Shown here: positions 9,336 to 18,079 of the stretch, one piece after another | Layout of the letters: the number at the start of each line of letters is the position of its first letter | Position numbering within the stretch: position 1 is the stretch's first letter | NCBI GenBank assembly: GCA_034178815.1 | Contig: JAXFQS010000077.1 | Coordinates: 1 to 45,231 of the forward strand | DNA length: 45,231 nt | Direction of reading: 5' to 3' | Source: Kiritimatiellia bacterium | Lineage (GTDB): Bacteria; Verrucomicrobiota; Kiritimatiellia; RFP12; DVOR01 | Notes under the pieces: model-generated | Database searches by the model: none | What the model was told of the DNA's origin: nothing | What the model saw: the letters and a program-made list of their open reading frames with translations, nothing else | Program-made: the position numbers and the translations under genes

Positions 9336-12059
9336 GTGAAAATCCACTTCCCGGCAGCCCTGCTGCCGCTCTTCGCGGCAGGTTCGCTTGCAGCCTCCAC
9401 ACTGACCGTCTATCCCTCCGGCCGCGCGGAACTCTCAGCCCCCAATGAAAAAGGAAAGACCATCGTCTTCCAGCCGATGGCCAACTGGCACAATATGGCG
9501 GCGCACGGCGAACTGCCGGCACGCGACGATGCCCCCTTCCCCGTGCAGATTTGGTGCAACCGCAACCAAACGCTCAAGGGTTCCTTCGCTGCGAAACAAG
9601 ATGGCCAGAAAGCAACGCTCTGCTACCAACTCAAGGCCGAATCCGACTTCAAGGTCGGCACCGCATTCCTCAATGTCTGGCTCCCTTCCGACGAATTCGC
9701 CGGAGCGAAATACTGGATCAACACCTGGGAGAAAGAACTGCCCCTAGAGAAGAAAGCGTGGTTCGTTTTCCAGGAAAAGACCGCCAAGTTGACCTTCGTC
9801 TCGACGGATGGATTACGCAAAATCACCCTCTCCTTCCCCAAGAAGATGCACTTCCACATTCAGGACGAGCGTCCCGGGAATAACCCCAACTTCTCCGTGC
9901 GCATTGGAGCCCCCTGGGGCCGCGGATTCAAGAAGGGCGAGGCCTTCGATATCACCGTGACCATCGAGGAGGAATGTGATCCCGTGCGCGTCGCCGTCCA
10001 GCGCCCGCTGAAAATCGAAGCTGGTAAAGAGTGGATGGCCTTCGTGCCGAAACTCGACATTGAGCCAGGCTCTGCGCTCGACTTCACGCAAATGCCCTGG
10101 CACCACGAACCAGCAGGTAAATACGGCTATGTCGTGGCGAAAGGCGACCAGTACGAGTTCGAGACAAAGCCCGGACGCCCCGTGCGCTTCTACGGCGCTA
10201 ATCTCTGCTACAGTGCTAACTTTGTGGACAAGGATGCCGCCGAAAAGACCGCGCGACGCCTCGCCGCAACCGGCTACAACGCCGTGCGAATCCACCACCA
10301 CGACCAGCACGGGTGGGGCTACTTCGGTATGGTCAAGGGTATGAAGGACGGTACCACCCTCAATGCCACCGAACTCGCCAAATTCGACCTGCTCATCGCC
10401 GCCCTCGTCAAGAACGGCCTCTACATCACCACAGACCTCTTCGTCTCCCGCGAAACCGTGCCCTGGCGAGAGATTGGTGTCGACCGGAAAGGCGTCATCC
10501 ATATGGACGATTTCAAAATCTGGTGCGTCGTCCACGAAGGCGCGTGGGAAAACCTCAAAAAGTTCACTCGCGCACTCTACACCCATGTCAACCCCCATAC
10601 CGGACGTTGCCTCGCGAAAGAGCCCGCCCTCGCCTTCATATCAATCATCAACGAGGGAAACTTCAACAACTACTCCGGCCGCGTGCGCAACTGCCCCGCC
10701 TGGCAGCAGGGGTGGAAGAGATGGCTGGCCCAAAAGCGCAAGAGTGATTCCGCATACAACTCCATCAAGGACGAAATCCCCCCTCGATTCGATGCCGATA
10801 CGCCCGACGCCATCGCATTCCGCATCTATATGAAAGAGGTCGATGACGCCTTTGTCCGCAAGGCCAAGCGCTTCCTAAGGGAGGAACTCGGGTGCAAGGC
10901 CCTCGTGACCAACTCCAACGGCTGGAGCCAAAGTTTCGCCGAGCACCAGGAGACCCGCGAACTGGTCTACGACTATGTCGATGAGCACTTCTATGTCGAT
11001 CATCCCTCGAACATCGGCGGCTATCCCTCGAACATCGGCAACAACAACCTATTCCGCGAACGCAACCGCGGCGTGACCGAACGCATCTTCTCCCGCGTCA
11101 TGGATAAACCCTTCGCCATTACCGAGTTCAACTACACCGCGCCAGGCAGAAACCGTTGCGCAGGAGGCTTGCTCTTGGGGACATTGGCGGCGTTCCAGAA
11201 CTGGAACGGTATGTGGCGTTTCGCTTGGACCCATGAAGGATCTGCAATGGGGGTCGACGAATCCCCCGTTATGAAGAACTTCAATGTGGTCACCGACCCG
11301 ATAAACCAGATGGCGGAGCGGGCTCTCTCAGCACTATTCCTCCGCGGCGATATGCCCAAGGCCACACGCACGCTAGAGATTCTTGTGCCTCAAGCCACAC
11401 TCGACGACCTCAAACCTCGCCCCGTTTACCCGCCAAACTGGGCAAATCTCGGCTGGCGGGCGAAGATTGGCACCGTCCTTCGCCATAATCCTAAGGCCGA
11501 CTTCTCGGTTCGCTTCGAAGAGGCCTACGCAAAAGGCTCAACTCCCCCTGCCGATATGAAATCCCTTCCACTTGGGGATGGCCGCGTGACCATCAATCCT
11601 GAAAATGGAAGTTTTGCGGTCGCAACGCCGCGAACCTGCGGAATCTTTAGCGAAGGACAAACGCCGCTCAAGGCCGATGCTCTTTTGGCAATGACTGCAA
11701 CACGCGCCGCTTTGTGGGCGACCTCGCTCGACGGACAACCGTTGCGAACATCCTCCCGCATCCTTCTGATGCACCTGACTGATGTCCAGAACAGCGGCAC
11801 AATCTATCAAGATCCCATTACACGGAGAATGATTCTCTCTGGCGGCAAGTTGCCTCATCTCGTCCTCCGTGGAGAGGCAAAAGTGCGTCTCGCGGTCTCC
11901 AACGCCAAAGCCTTTGATGTATGGGCATTAGACTTCACCGGGCGCCGCTTGGGCAAACTCCATGTCAAGATATCCCCTAATGGTGAGCTTGATCTGAATC
12001 TCAAGACCGAACAGACTAGCGGTCAGGTCACATTTGCCTACGAACTGGTCAGAAAGTAG
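9336..12059 (+). CDS. Large secreted protein with a clan GH-A-like (GH5/GH42-like) TIM-barrel core
   Basis: AAGGAG (9322-9327) then GTG 9336. Signal peptide. Central region has AVRIHHHD, ...IINEGN (acid/base NE-type) and AITEFN (nucleophile-type Glu). The family assignment is tentative. Confidence 0.6.
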   Translation: MKIHFPAALLPLFAAGSLAASTLTVYPSGRAELSAPNEKGKTIVFQPMANWHNMAAHGELPARDDAPFPVQIWCNRNQTLKGSFAAKQDGQKATLCYQLKAESDFKVGTAFLNVWLPSDEFAGAKYWINTWEKELPLEKKAWFVFQEKTAKLTFVSTDGLRKITLSFPKKMHFHIQDERPGNNPNFSVRIGAPWGRGFKKGEAFDITVTIEEECDPVRVAVQRPLKIEAGKEWMAFVPKLDIEPGSALDFTQMPWHHEPAGKYGYVVAKGDQYEFETKPGRPVRFYGANLCYSANFVDKDAAEKTARRLAATGYNAVRIHHHDQHGWGYFGMVKGMKDGTTLNATELAKFDLLIAALVKNGLYITTDLFVSRETVPWREIGVDRKGVIHMDDFKIWCVVHEGAWENLKKFTRALYTHVNPHTGRCLAKEPALAFISIINEGNFNNYSGRVRNCPAWQQGWKRWLAQKRKSDSAYNSIKDEIPPRFDADTPDAIAFRIYMKEVDDAFVRKAKRFLREELGCKALVTNSNGWSQSFAEHQETRELVYDYVDEHFYVDHPSNIGGYPSNIGNNNLFRERNRGVTERIFSRVMDKPFAITEFNYTAPGRNRCAGGLLLGTLAAFQNWNGMWRFAWTHEGSAMGVDESPVMKNFNVVTDPINQMAERALSALFLRGDMPKATRTLEILVPQATLDDLKPRPVYPPNWANLGWRAKIGTVLRHNPKADFSVRFEEAYAKGSTPPADMKSLPLGDGRVTINPENGSFAVATPRTCGIFSEGQTPLKADALLAMTATRAALWATSLDGQPLRTSSRILLMHLTDVQNSGTIYQDPITRRMILSGGKLPHLVLRGEAKVRLAVSNAKAFDVWALDFTGRRLGKLHVKISPNGELDLNLKTEQTSGQVTFAYELVRK

Positions 12060-12062
12060 CCG

Positions 12063-14249
12063 ATGCCTGCGCGTTTTACCCCCTTTTCGCTTCCCTCCGA
12101 TCATACTTCCGACGGCGTCGCACGGCGAGTTCACTTCATCGGTGTTTGCGGAGTGGGTATGGCTGGGGTGGCCGCGCTGCTTGCCCGCAAAGGCTGGATT
12201 GTGTCAGGGGAGGACGCACGCCCAAATGAACTGGTTCCTTGGTTGCAGGCCCATAGTATCCAACTGCTTGACGCTCCGCCTCAACATGTTGACCTTTGCG
12301 TCCGTACAACAGCCGTCTGTCTCCATCACCCCCATGTGCTAGAGTTGCGCGCGCGGGGCGTGCCCGTTGTGCAACGCGGAGAAGTTCTGGCTGCCCTTGT
12401 TGGAAACTCTCGCGCACTGGCAATCTGTGGAACCCACGGGAAGACGACAACCAGTTGTTTCGCAACTAGGCTTCTACAAGAAGTCGGACGAACGGTCTGC
12501 TGGTGCATTGGCGGGCAGACGAAATCCCTTGGAGGCGTTGCTGGAGGGGACTCCGGCGGACAACTTGTCGTCGAGGCGGACGAATCCGACGGGACGCTCT
12601 CGCGCTACCATCCTGAGGTGTTGGTCGCCACCAATTTAGACCTCGATCATCTAGAACACTTTTCGGATGAAAGCGACCTCTGCGACTGTTTCGCTACCGT
12701 AGCCGGACAAACGCGTAGCGCTGTCGCATACTGTTCGGATGCTCCGCGTCTGTGCCGGACATTCCGGTCGCTGAATCTGCCCCAAAGCCTGACATTCGGC
12801 TTCGGGATGGCCGATTTGCAAGCCGAAGATATTCAATGCGGAATGGAGCAGTCGCATTTCAAACTCCGCTACCGTGGCAAACTTCTCGGTGAAGCGCATA
12901 TCGGTGTGCCGGGACGGCACAATGTCCTCAATGCCCTTGGCGCATTGGCAGGCGTGCACCTGTTGACTGGCATCTCTTTCATTGACCTATTGCCGTATCT
13001 GGCGAAAGCTACTTCCGAACTACCCCAACGCCGCTACGAAGTCGCGCTTGCCCGTGATGGTCTCCAAGTGGTCGCGGACTATGCACACCACCCCGCAGAA
13101 ATTGCCGCTGCCTTGGCAATGGCTCGTCTGAAACATTCGGGGCGGCTACGCATTCTCTTCCAACCGCATCGGTTCACGCGAACGCTTGCCCTTCGTCAAG
13201 AGTTTCCCCCGGCATTCAAACTTGCCGATGAAGTTGTTCTGCTACCTGTCTACGCCGCCAGTGAGCCCCCCCTTCCCGGCGGCGAGAGCCACGACCTCTA
13301 TGCCGAGTTCCGTCGCCAAACGGCCCAACGGATTCTCTTGGCGACAACCCTTTCCGAGGCTACCTCCTATTTTCGACGAACCCTTGCGGCGGGGGACTTG
13401 TTGCTCATTGTCGGTGCGGGCGATGTCATCCATGTCGCCGAAAGGCTACGAACCCTGAATCTGCCGCAACCGACCAAAGGGGCATCCCTGGCGCCATGGT
13501 CTGGCTATGGCACAGGGGGCGAGGCGGAGGAACTGCTTGTCGGAGGCCCTCCCGCTGCGGGCGCACGCTTGGTAGGATGCGGAAGCAACACCTGGTTCAG
13601 CGACCTTGGGTATGACGGCACGGTTCAAGTCCTTCGCTCCACGATTATTCCCGAGGGCAATCCGCCTGAGACCGATTACCCCGGCGAGTTGATTGGTTCG
13701 GTACTGCTCGAACATCTTGCTGCCAACGGGTGGAGCGGGCTCGAGTTTATGACTGGCATCCCCGGGACGCTCGGCGGGTGGCTCAAATCCAACGCGGGAG
13801 CGCACGGGCACGCTATTGGGGAAGCCGTCGCCCGGGTGGACATCGACGGCACACCATTCTGCCCGCGATTTACCTACCGATGTTCCAACCTACAGGGGCG
13901 CGTCACGGCTGTCCGGTTCATCCTGCGCCGCGATGAACCGTTGGCCATTCGTGCCCGCCAAGACGAGTACCGTTCACGGCGAATCGACCTGCACGGTTTG
14001 CGCACTTGCGGCTCGCTTTTCAAGAATCCTCCGGGCGATTCGGCTGGACGACTCATTGAGCAATGCGGGCTCAAGGGATTTCGCATCGGGGGAGCGCAAA
14101 TTGCCCCGTTCCACGCCAACATTCTCGCCGCTGGGACTGGTTGCACTTCCAGCGATTTACTCGCTGTTATGCTGACTGTTCAGGGCAAGGTTCTTCAACA
14201 AACGGGGGTTCGGCTACTCCCTGAGGTTTCCGGGTTTCCCACCGACTAG
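12063..14249 (+). CDS. murC/murB: Fusion protein: UDP-N-acetylmuramate--L-alanine ligase (MurC, N-terminal) + UDP-N-acetylenolpyruvoylglucosamine reductase (MurB, C-terminal)
   Basis: N-terminal part has HFIGVCGVGMAG, ICGTHGKTTT and DYAHHP (Mur ligase). C-terminal ~250 aa has GCGSNTWF, GIPGTLGGWLKSNAGAHG, CGSLFKNP and IAPFHANIL (MurB). One uninterrupted 728-codon frame. Confidence 0.9.
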   Translation: MPARFTPFSLPSDHTSDGVARRVHFIGVCGVGMAGVAALLARKGWIVSGEDARPNELVPWLQAHSIQLLDAPPQHVDLCVRTTAVCLHHPHVLELRARGVPVVQRGEVLAALVGNSRALAICGTHGKTTTSCFATRLLQEVGRTVCWCIGGQTKSLGGVAGGDSGGQLVVEADESDGTLSRYHPEVLVATNLDLDHLEHFSDESDLCDCFATVAGQTRSAVAYCSDAPRLCRTFRSLNLPQSLTFGFGMADLQAEDIQCGMEQSHFKLRYRGKLLGEAHIGVPGRHNVLNALGALAGVHLLTGISFIDLLPYLAKATSELPQRRYEVALARDGLQVVADYAHHPAEIAAALAMARLKHSGRLRILFQPHRFTRTLALRQEFPPAFKLADEVVLLPVYAASEPPLPGGESHDLYAEFRRQTAQRILLATTLSEATSYFRRTLAAGDLLLIVGAGDVIHVAERLRTLNLPQPTKGASLAPWSGYGTGGEAEELLVGGPPAAGARLVGCGSNTWFSDLGYDGTVQVLRSTIIPEGNPPETDYPGELIGSVLLEHLAANGWSGLEFMTGIPGTLGGWLKSNAGAHGHAIGEAVARVDIDGTPFCPRFTYRCSNLQGRVTAVRFILRRDEPLAIRARQDEYRSRRIDLHGLRTCGSLFKNPPGDSAGRLIEQCGLKGFRIGGAQIAPFHANILAAGTGCTSSDLLAVMLTVQGKVLQQTGVRLLPEVSGFPTD

Positions 14250-14500
14250 CAGCAAGGAAGCGGTTGCGCGTGCGCCAACCATCCCAGTCAGCCCGAACGC
14301 GCCCCCCAATGGATTTGTCGAGCACACAATCGGGCAATGCGCAGGTGCCAAAATAACAAAATAAGCCTGGTGTGGTCAAGCCTAAATTAGAACCGACTGT
14401 GGCAGAACTAGCGCAGGAGCAGGCAAGTCGATAGTCCCCATTTCACGCGGAACACCGCCTTTGAAGGGGGGGCCAGCCTGCCCGAGGTTTTCGCTCTATC

Positions 14501-14531
14501 GAGGGCTGCGCGGGGTTAATCCGCAGCCCTC
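14501..14531. repeat. Perfect 10-bp inverted repeat (stem-loop) overlapping the potD-like stop codon
   Basis: gagggctgcg (14501-14510), 11-nt loop, cgcagccctc (14522-14531). It lies at the end of the convergent murC/B and potD-like genes. No U-run on either strand, so a terminator role is uncertain. Confidence 0.35.
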
Positions 14532-15556
14532 ACCTCGTCCCACGCCTGGGCATAAAGGCGAAGTGCAGGGCCTACATCCTTAAGCCAATGTCCGCGCGTG
14601 ATCGTGGTCTTGTCGGGGAAGACAATAGGGTTTCGGCGAACCTGCTCAGGCAGGAGCGGGTAGGCAGTCTTAACGGGGCAAAGACAGCCCATCCGCGCCA
14701 TATTGCGCACCGCGTTTTCGGGACGGTACATATAGTCGATGAAGGCATGGGCAAGGGCAACCTGCTGGGCATTTCCGGGTATGGCGAAGTCGTCGGTAGT
14801 GAGAATCCACCCGTCTTCCGGGAAGATGAAAACGACTTCCGGATTATCCTCCTGCATCTGCACGGCATCAGTTCCATAGGCGGCGCAGAGTTTGAACTCG
14901 CCAGAGCAGAGACCGCCCTTGTACTCCTCGTTATCATAGCGGAGTATGTGCTTTTGCCACTCCACGAGGCGGGCTTGGGCACGGGCGATATCGACGGGGT
15001 TGGTGGTGTTGACATCGAGCCCGAGGGAGAGCAGGGCCGCCCCGAAAGTGTTGCGCACATCGTTGAAAAGTGTGGTGCGATTGGCGAACTGGGGATTGGT
15101 CAGCAGCCCATGCCAAGTCCGATTGGTCACGGTCTTCGCGTAAGGGCGCAAGGTGGCCAATCCAAAGGAACTGACGGCGTAGGGGACATGGTAGGCGGCG
15201 TCGGGGTCCTGGGGAGCGAGGTAGGTCTCGTCGCGTCCGGAAAGGACATGGGGCAGGAGATTGGTATCAAGGGGACGGATGAGTTTCCGGGCGGTCAAGA
15301 CGGGAATGAAAAAGGAACTCGGCAAGAGAATGTCGTACTGGCAACCGCCAGCCTGGAGTTTGGCGTACATCGACTCGTTCGTGTCGAATGTATCTGTCTG
15401 CACACGGCAACCGTACTCGCGCTCGAATCCGGCGATTACCTCCGGGGAGATGTACTCCGACCAGACAAAGATGTTCAGCGTCGGGCGCTCATCGCGCGAA
15501 CACCCTGCTGCCATCATCGCCGCAACCGCCAACGCCATCTGAGCCCAACGCTTCAT
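14516..15556 (-). CDS. Spermidine/putrescine-type ABC transporter substrate-binding lipoprotein (PotD/PotF family)
   Basis: The start is taken at MKRWAQMALAVAAMMAAGC (signal peptide plus lipobox), codon 39 of track ORF 14516..15670. SBP_bac_8-like sequence (NIFVWSEYI, YDILLPSS). Confidence 0.8.
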   Translation of the reverse strand: MKRWAQMALAVAAMMAAGCSRDERPTLNIFVWSEYISPEVIAGFEREYGCRVQTDTFDTNESMYAKLQAGGCQYDILLPSSFFIPVLTARKLIRPLDTNLLPHVLSGRDETYLAPQDPDAAYHVPYAVSSFGLATLRPYAKTVTNRTWHGLLTNPQFANRTTLFNDVRNTFGAALLSLGLDVNTTNPVDIARAQARLVEWQKHILRYDNEEYKGGLCSGEFKLCAAYGTDAVQMQEDNPEVVFIFPEDGWILTTDDFAIPGNAQQVALAHAFIDYMYRPENAVRNMARMGCLCPVKTAYPLLPEQVRRNPIVFPDKTTITRGHWLKDVGPALRLYAQAWDEVRAAD

Positions 15557-15572
15557 ACTATTCTTCCCTTGT

Positions 15573-16331
15573 TCAGACTGGCACGCCGAAGTCGACAAAC
15601 TCCACGGGGAGGTGGAACTTCTTCCCCAATGCATCGCCGAGGGCTTGGATTCCAAAACACTCCGTCGCATAGTGCCCGCCGAAGATTACATTTATCTTGT
15701 GATGCTCCGCTAGGTTCCAGCCAATCAGCGACTGCTCGCCCGTCAAAAAGGTATCGATTCCTGCCGCGACCGCCTGTTCGACGCCGTCGCCCGCGCCGCC
15801 GCTGACAATGCCAATCCGACGCACCCGGTCGGATCCGAACTGCGCCACGGCCAACTCGTTCCCGAGCAACTTCTCAACGCGGTCGCAGAAGGCGGAAAAG
15901 TCCTCGTCCAGCGCGCCCCGAACTCCGATTGTCTGCCCATGGTACGCGAACCAGCGGCGAACGCCCTGCACACCAAGCCGCCGAGCCAGTTCCGCATTGT
16001 TGCCATACTTCAAACTCGCATCAAGCGGCAGATGGTAGCCGAAAACCGCAATGCCGTGGGCCATCGCCGCGTGCACCAAATCGTAATTTCGCCCGACGAG
16101 GCGCGCGAGGGAGTCTCCCCAACTCAAGCCGTGGTGAGCCAAGATGCAATCGGCCCCGCGGGCCGCGGCCATCTCCAACAGCGGCAGCGAAGCGTCCACG
16201 CCCACCATCACCCGGGAAACCCACCCGCCGTTGGCAACCTGAAGACCATTGTGGGAGACATCGCAGAAACCGTCCGTCCCCAACTCCTTCGCGAGCCACG
16301 CATCCACGCGCTCAAGCGCAACCTTCGCCAT
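15573..16331 (-). CDS. Nif3-like dinuclear metal centre protein (GTP cyclohydrolase 1 type 2 / NIF3 family)
   Basis: HNGLQV, ILAHHGLSWG and GGHYATE motifs. About 250 aa. Lies 16 nt upstream of the potD-like gene. Confidence 0.85.
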   Translation of the reverse strand: MAKVALERVDAWLAKELGTDGFCDVSHNGLQVANGGWVSRVMVGVDASLPLLEMAAARGADCILAHHGLSWGDSLARLVGRNYDLVHAAMAHGIAVFGYHLPLDASLKYGNNAELARRLGVQGVRRWFAYHGQTIGVRGALDEDFSAFCDRVEKLLGNELAVAQFGSDRVRRIGIVSGGAGDGVEQAVAAGIDTFLTGEQSLIGWNLAEHHKINVIFGGHYATECFGIQALGDALGKKFHLPVEFVDFGVPV

Positions 16332-16482
16332 AAGACCTCATAGCAGAGCCGTATGCAAAACGGCGCGAATTCTCGCACACTCCGCAGACGATGTCAAACC
16401 AAAACACCTCCGGCACAAAACCTTTCTATCAATCGCCCCTATTCCTTAATATAGGACAATCCCAATCGTGCCTAGGAGGATG

Positions 16483-16516
16483 AAAAAGAGGTGGACGGCA
16501 ACCGCCCTCCACCTCT
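16483..16516 (-). terminator. Rho-independent terminator downstream of the DUF1846 gene
   Basis: On the minus strand, 20 nt after the stop: AGAGGTGGA...TCCACCTCT 9-bp stem (16487-16495 / 16508-16516) with an inner CGG/CCG pairing, followed by TTTT. Confidence 0.6.
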
Positions 16517-16536
16517 GCAACCAATCGCGGCGCACC

Positions 16537-18069
16537 CTAGCCGTCAATGAAGAGTTCGGCAGTGGAAAAAAGCGGATCCGTCGTGTAGCGAATCCCCAGC
16601 CGCCGCAAGCCCGCCTCGTCACCCGGCGTCAGCAAATGCGACACATGCATCTCGCACGAACGCAACGCCGGGAGAGCCCCCAAAGCCCGCTTCGCCGCAT
16701 CACCGCCAGCCATCGCCGCACTCATAGCCAACCCAATCAGCGTCTCGTCCAGATTGAGCGACGAATACTTGTTCTTCAGAATCTCATGCTTCATCTTGAC
16801 AATCGACGCGACAACCTCCGGAGCCAGCAGATAACACCCGTCGTCAATCCCCGCCGCAACCTTCACCGCATTGAGAATCGTGGCCGACGCCGCATGGAGC
16901 GAAGGCGAATTTTTCCCCGTCACGATACGACCGTCCGCCAGTTCGATAGCCCCACCACAGGCCGCCCCGGCAGTCGCCCCCCTGCCCTGAGCCGCAGCCT
17001 CCTGCGCCGCCTGCCGGGCAGGCAGAACCACCCGCCGATCTTCTGGTGTAATCCCCAAATCCTTCATCAGCGTATCGATTCGATCAATCGCACAAGTCTC
17101 CACCAGACCATTGCGCGTCGCGTCGCACAAATGCCTAAAGTGACGGCGGATAATCTCCTGCCGAGACGCCTCCCGCACAACCGCATCGTCGACAATCCCA
17201 AAACCAATCCGGTTCACCCCCATGTCTGTTGGAGACTGGTACGGACAACGATTCCGGCTGTCAATTCGATTCCAAATCGCCCGCAGGACAGGAAAGGCCT
17301 CCACATCGCGATTGTAATTCACCGCCACCTCGCCATGAGCCTCAAGATGGAACGGATCGATTAGATTCACATCCCGCAGATCCGCCGTAGCCGCCTCGTA
17401 GGCCAGGTTCAACGGATGCTTCAGCGGAATATTCCACACCGGGAAAGTTTCGAACTTGGCATAACCCGCCGGGCGCCCATTCCGGCAGTCGTGATACAGC
17501 ATAGTCAAAGCCGTCGCCAGCTTGCCGCTCCCCGGACCGGGACCTGTCACCACCACGATCGGCTTCGAAGTCGGCACATACTCGTTCGCCCCATAACCAT
17601 GCTCACTGACTATCAACTCGACATCGTTCGGATAGCCGGGCACCTTCTTGTGGCAATACACCCTGATTCCCCGCCGCTCCAGTTTGTTCTTGAACTGCAC
17701 GGCGGAAGGTTGCCCTTCGAATCGCGTAATGACGACTCCGCAGACCGACAGTTCCCAGCTGCGCAGGTCGTCTATCAACTTCATCGCGTCCGATTCGTAG
17801 GAAATTCCGAAGTCTGCGCGCATCTTCTTTCGCTCAATATCTCCCGCATAGATGCAAAGGATGATTTCCGCGTTTTCCTTCAATCGGCGCAAAAGACGCA
17901 GTTTGACATTCGGGTCGTATCCCGGCAGACAGCGAGCCGCGTGGTAGTCGTACATCAACTTGCCACCGAACTCCAGATAAAGCTTGTTTCCGAACTGGTC
18001 GGCGCGGCGGAGAATCTCTGCCGTCTGCTCTTCAAGATACTTCTCGTTATCGAACCCGATTGCCCGCAT
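16537..18069 (-). CDS. UPF0371/DUF1846 family protein (function unknown)
   Basis: N-terminus FDNEKYLEEQTAEILRR...LYLEFGGKLMYDYHAARCLPGYDPN and ~510 aa length are characteristic of DUF1846. Confidence 0.85.
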   Translation of the reverse strand: MRAIGFDNEKYLEEQTAEILRRADQFGNKLYLEFGGKLMYDYHAARCLPGYDPNVKLRLLRRLKENAEIILCIYAGDIERKKMRADFGISYESDAMKLIDDLRSWELSVCGVVITRFEGQPSAVQFKNKLERRGIRVYCHKKVPGYPNDVELIVSEHGYGANEYVPTSKPIVVVTGPGPGSGKLATALTMLYHDCRNGRPAGYAKFETFPVWNIPLKHPLNLAYEAATADLRDVNLIDPFHLEAHGEVAVNYNRDVEAFPVLRAIWNRIDSRNRCPYQSPTDMGVNRIGFGIVDDAVVREASRQEIIRRHFRHLCDATRNGLVETCAIDRIDTLMKDLGITPEDRRVVLPARQAAQEAAAQGRGATAGAACGGAIELADGRIVTGKNSPSLHAASATILNAVKVAAGIDDGCYLLAPEVVASIVKMKHEILKNKYSSLNLDETLIGLAMSAAMAGGDAAKRALGALPALRSCEMHVSHLLTPGDEAGLRRLGIRYTTDPLFSTAELFIDG

Positions 18070-18079
18070 CGTTGTCTCC

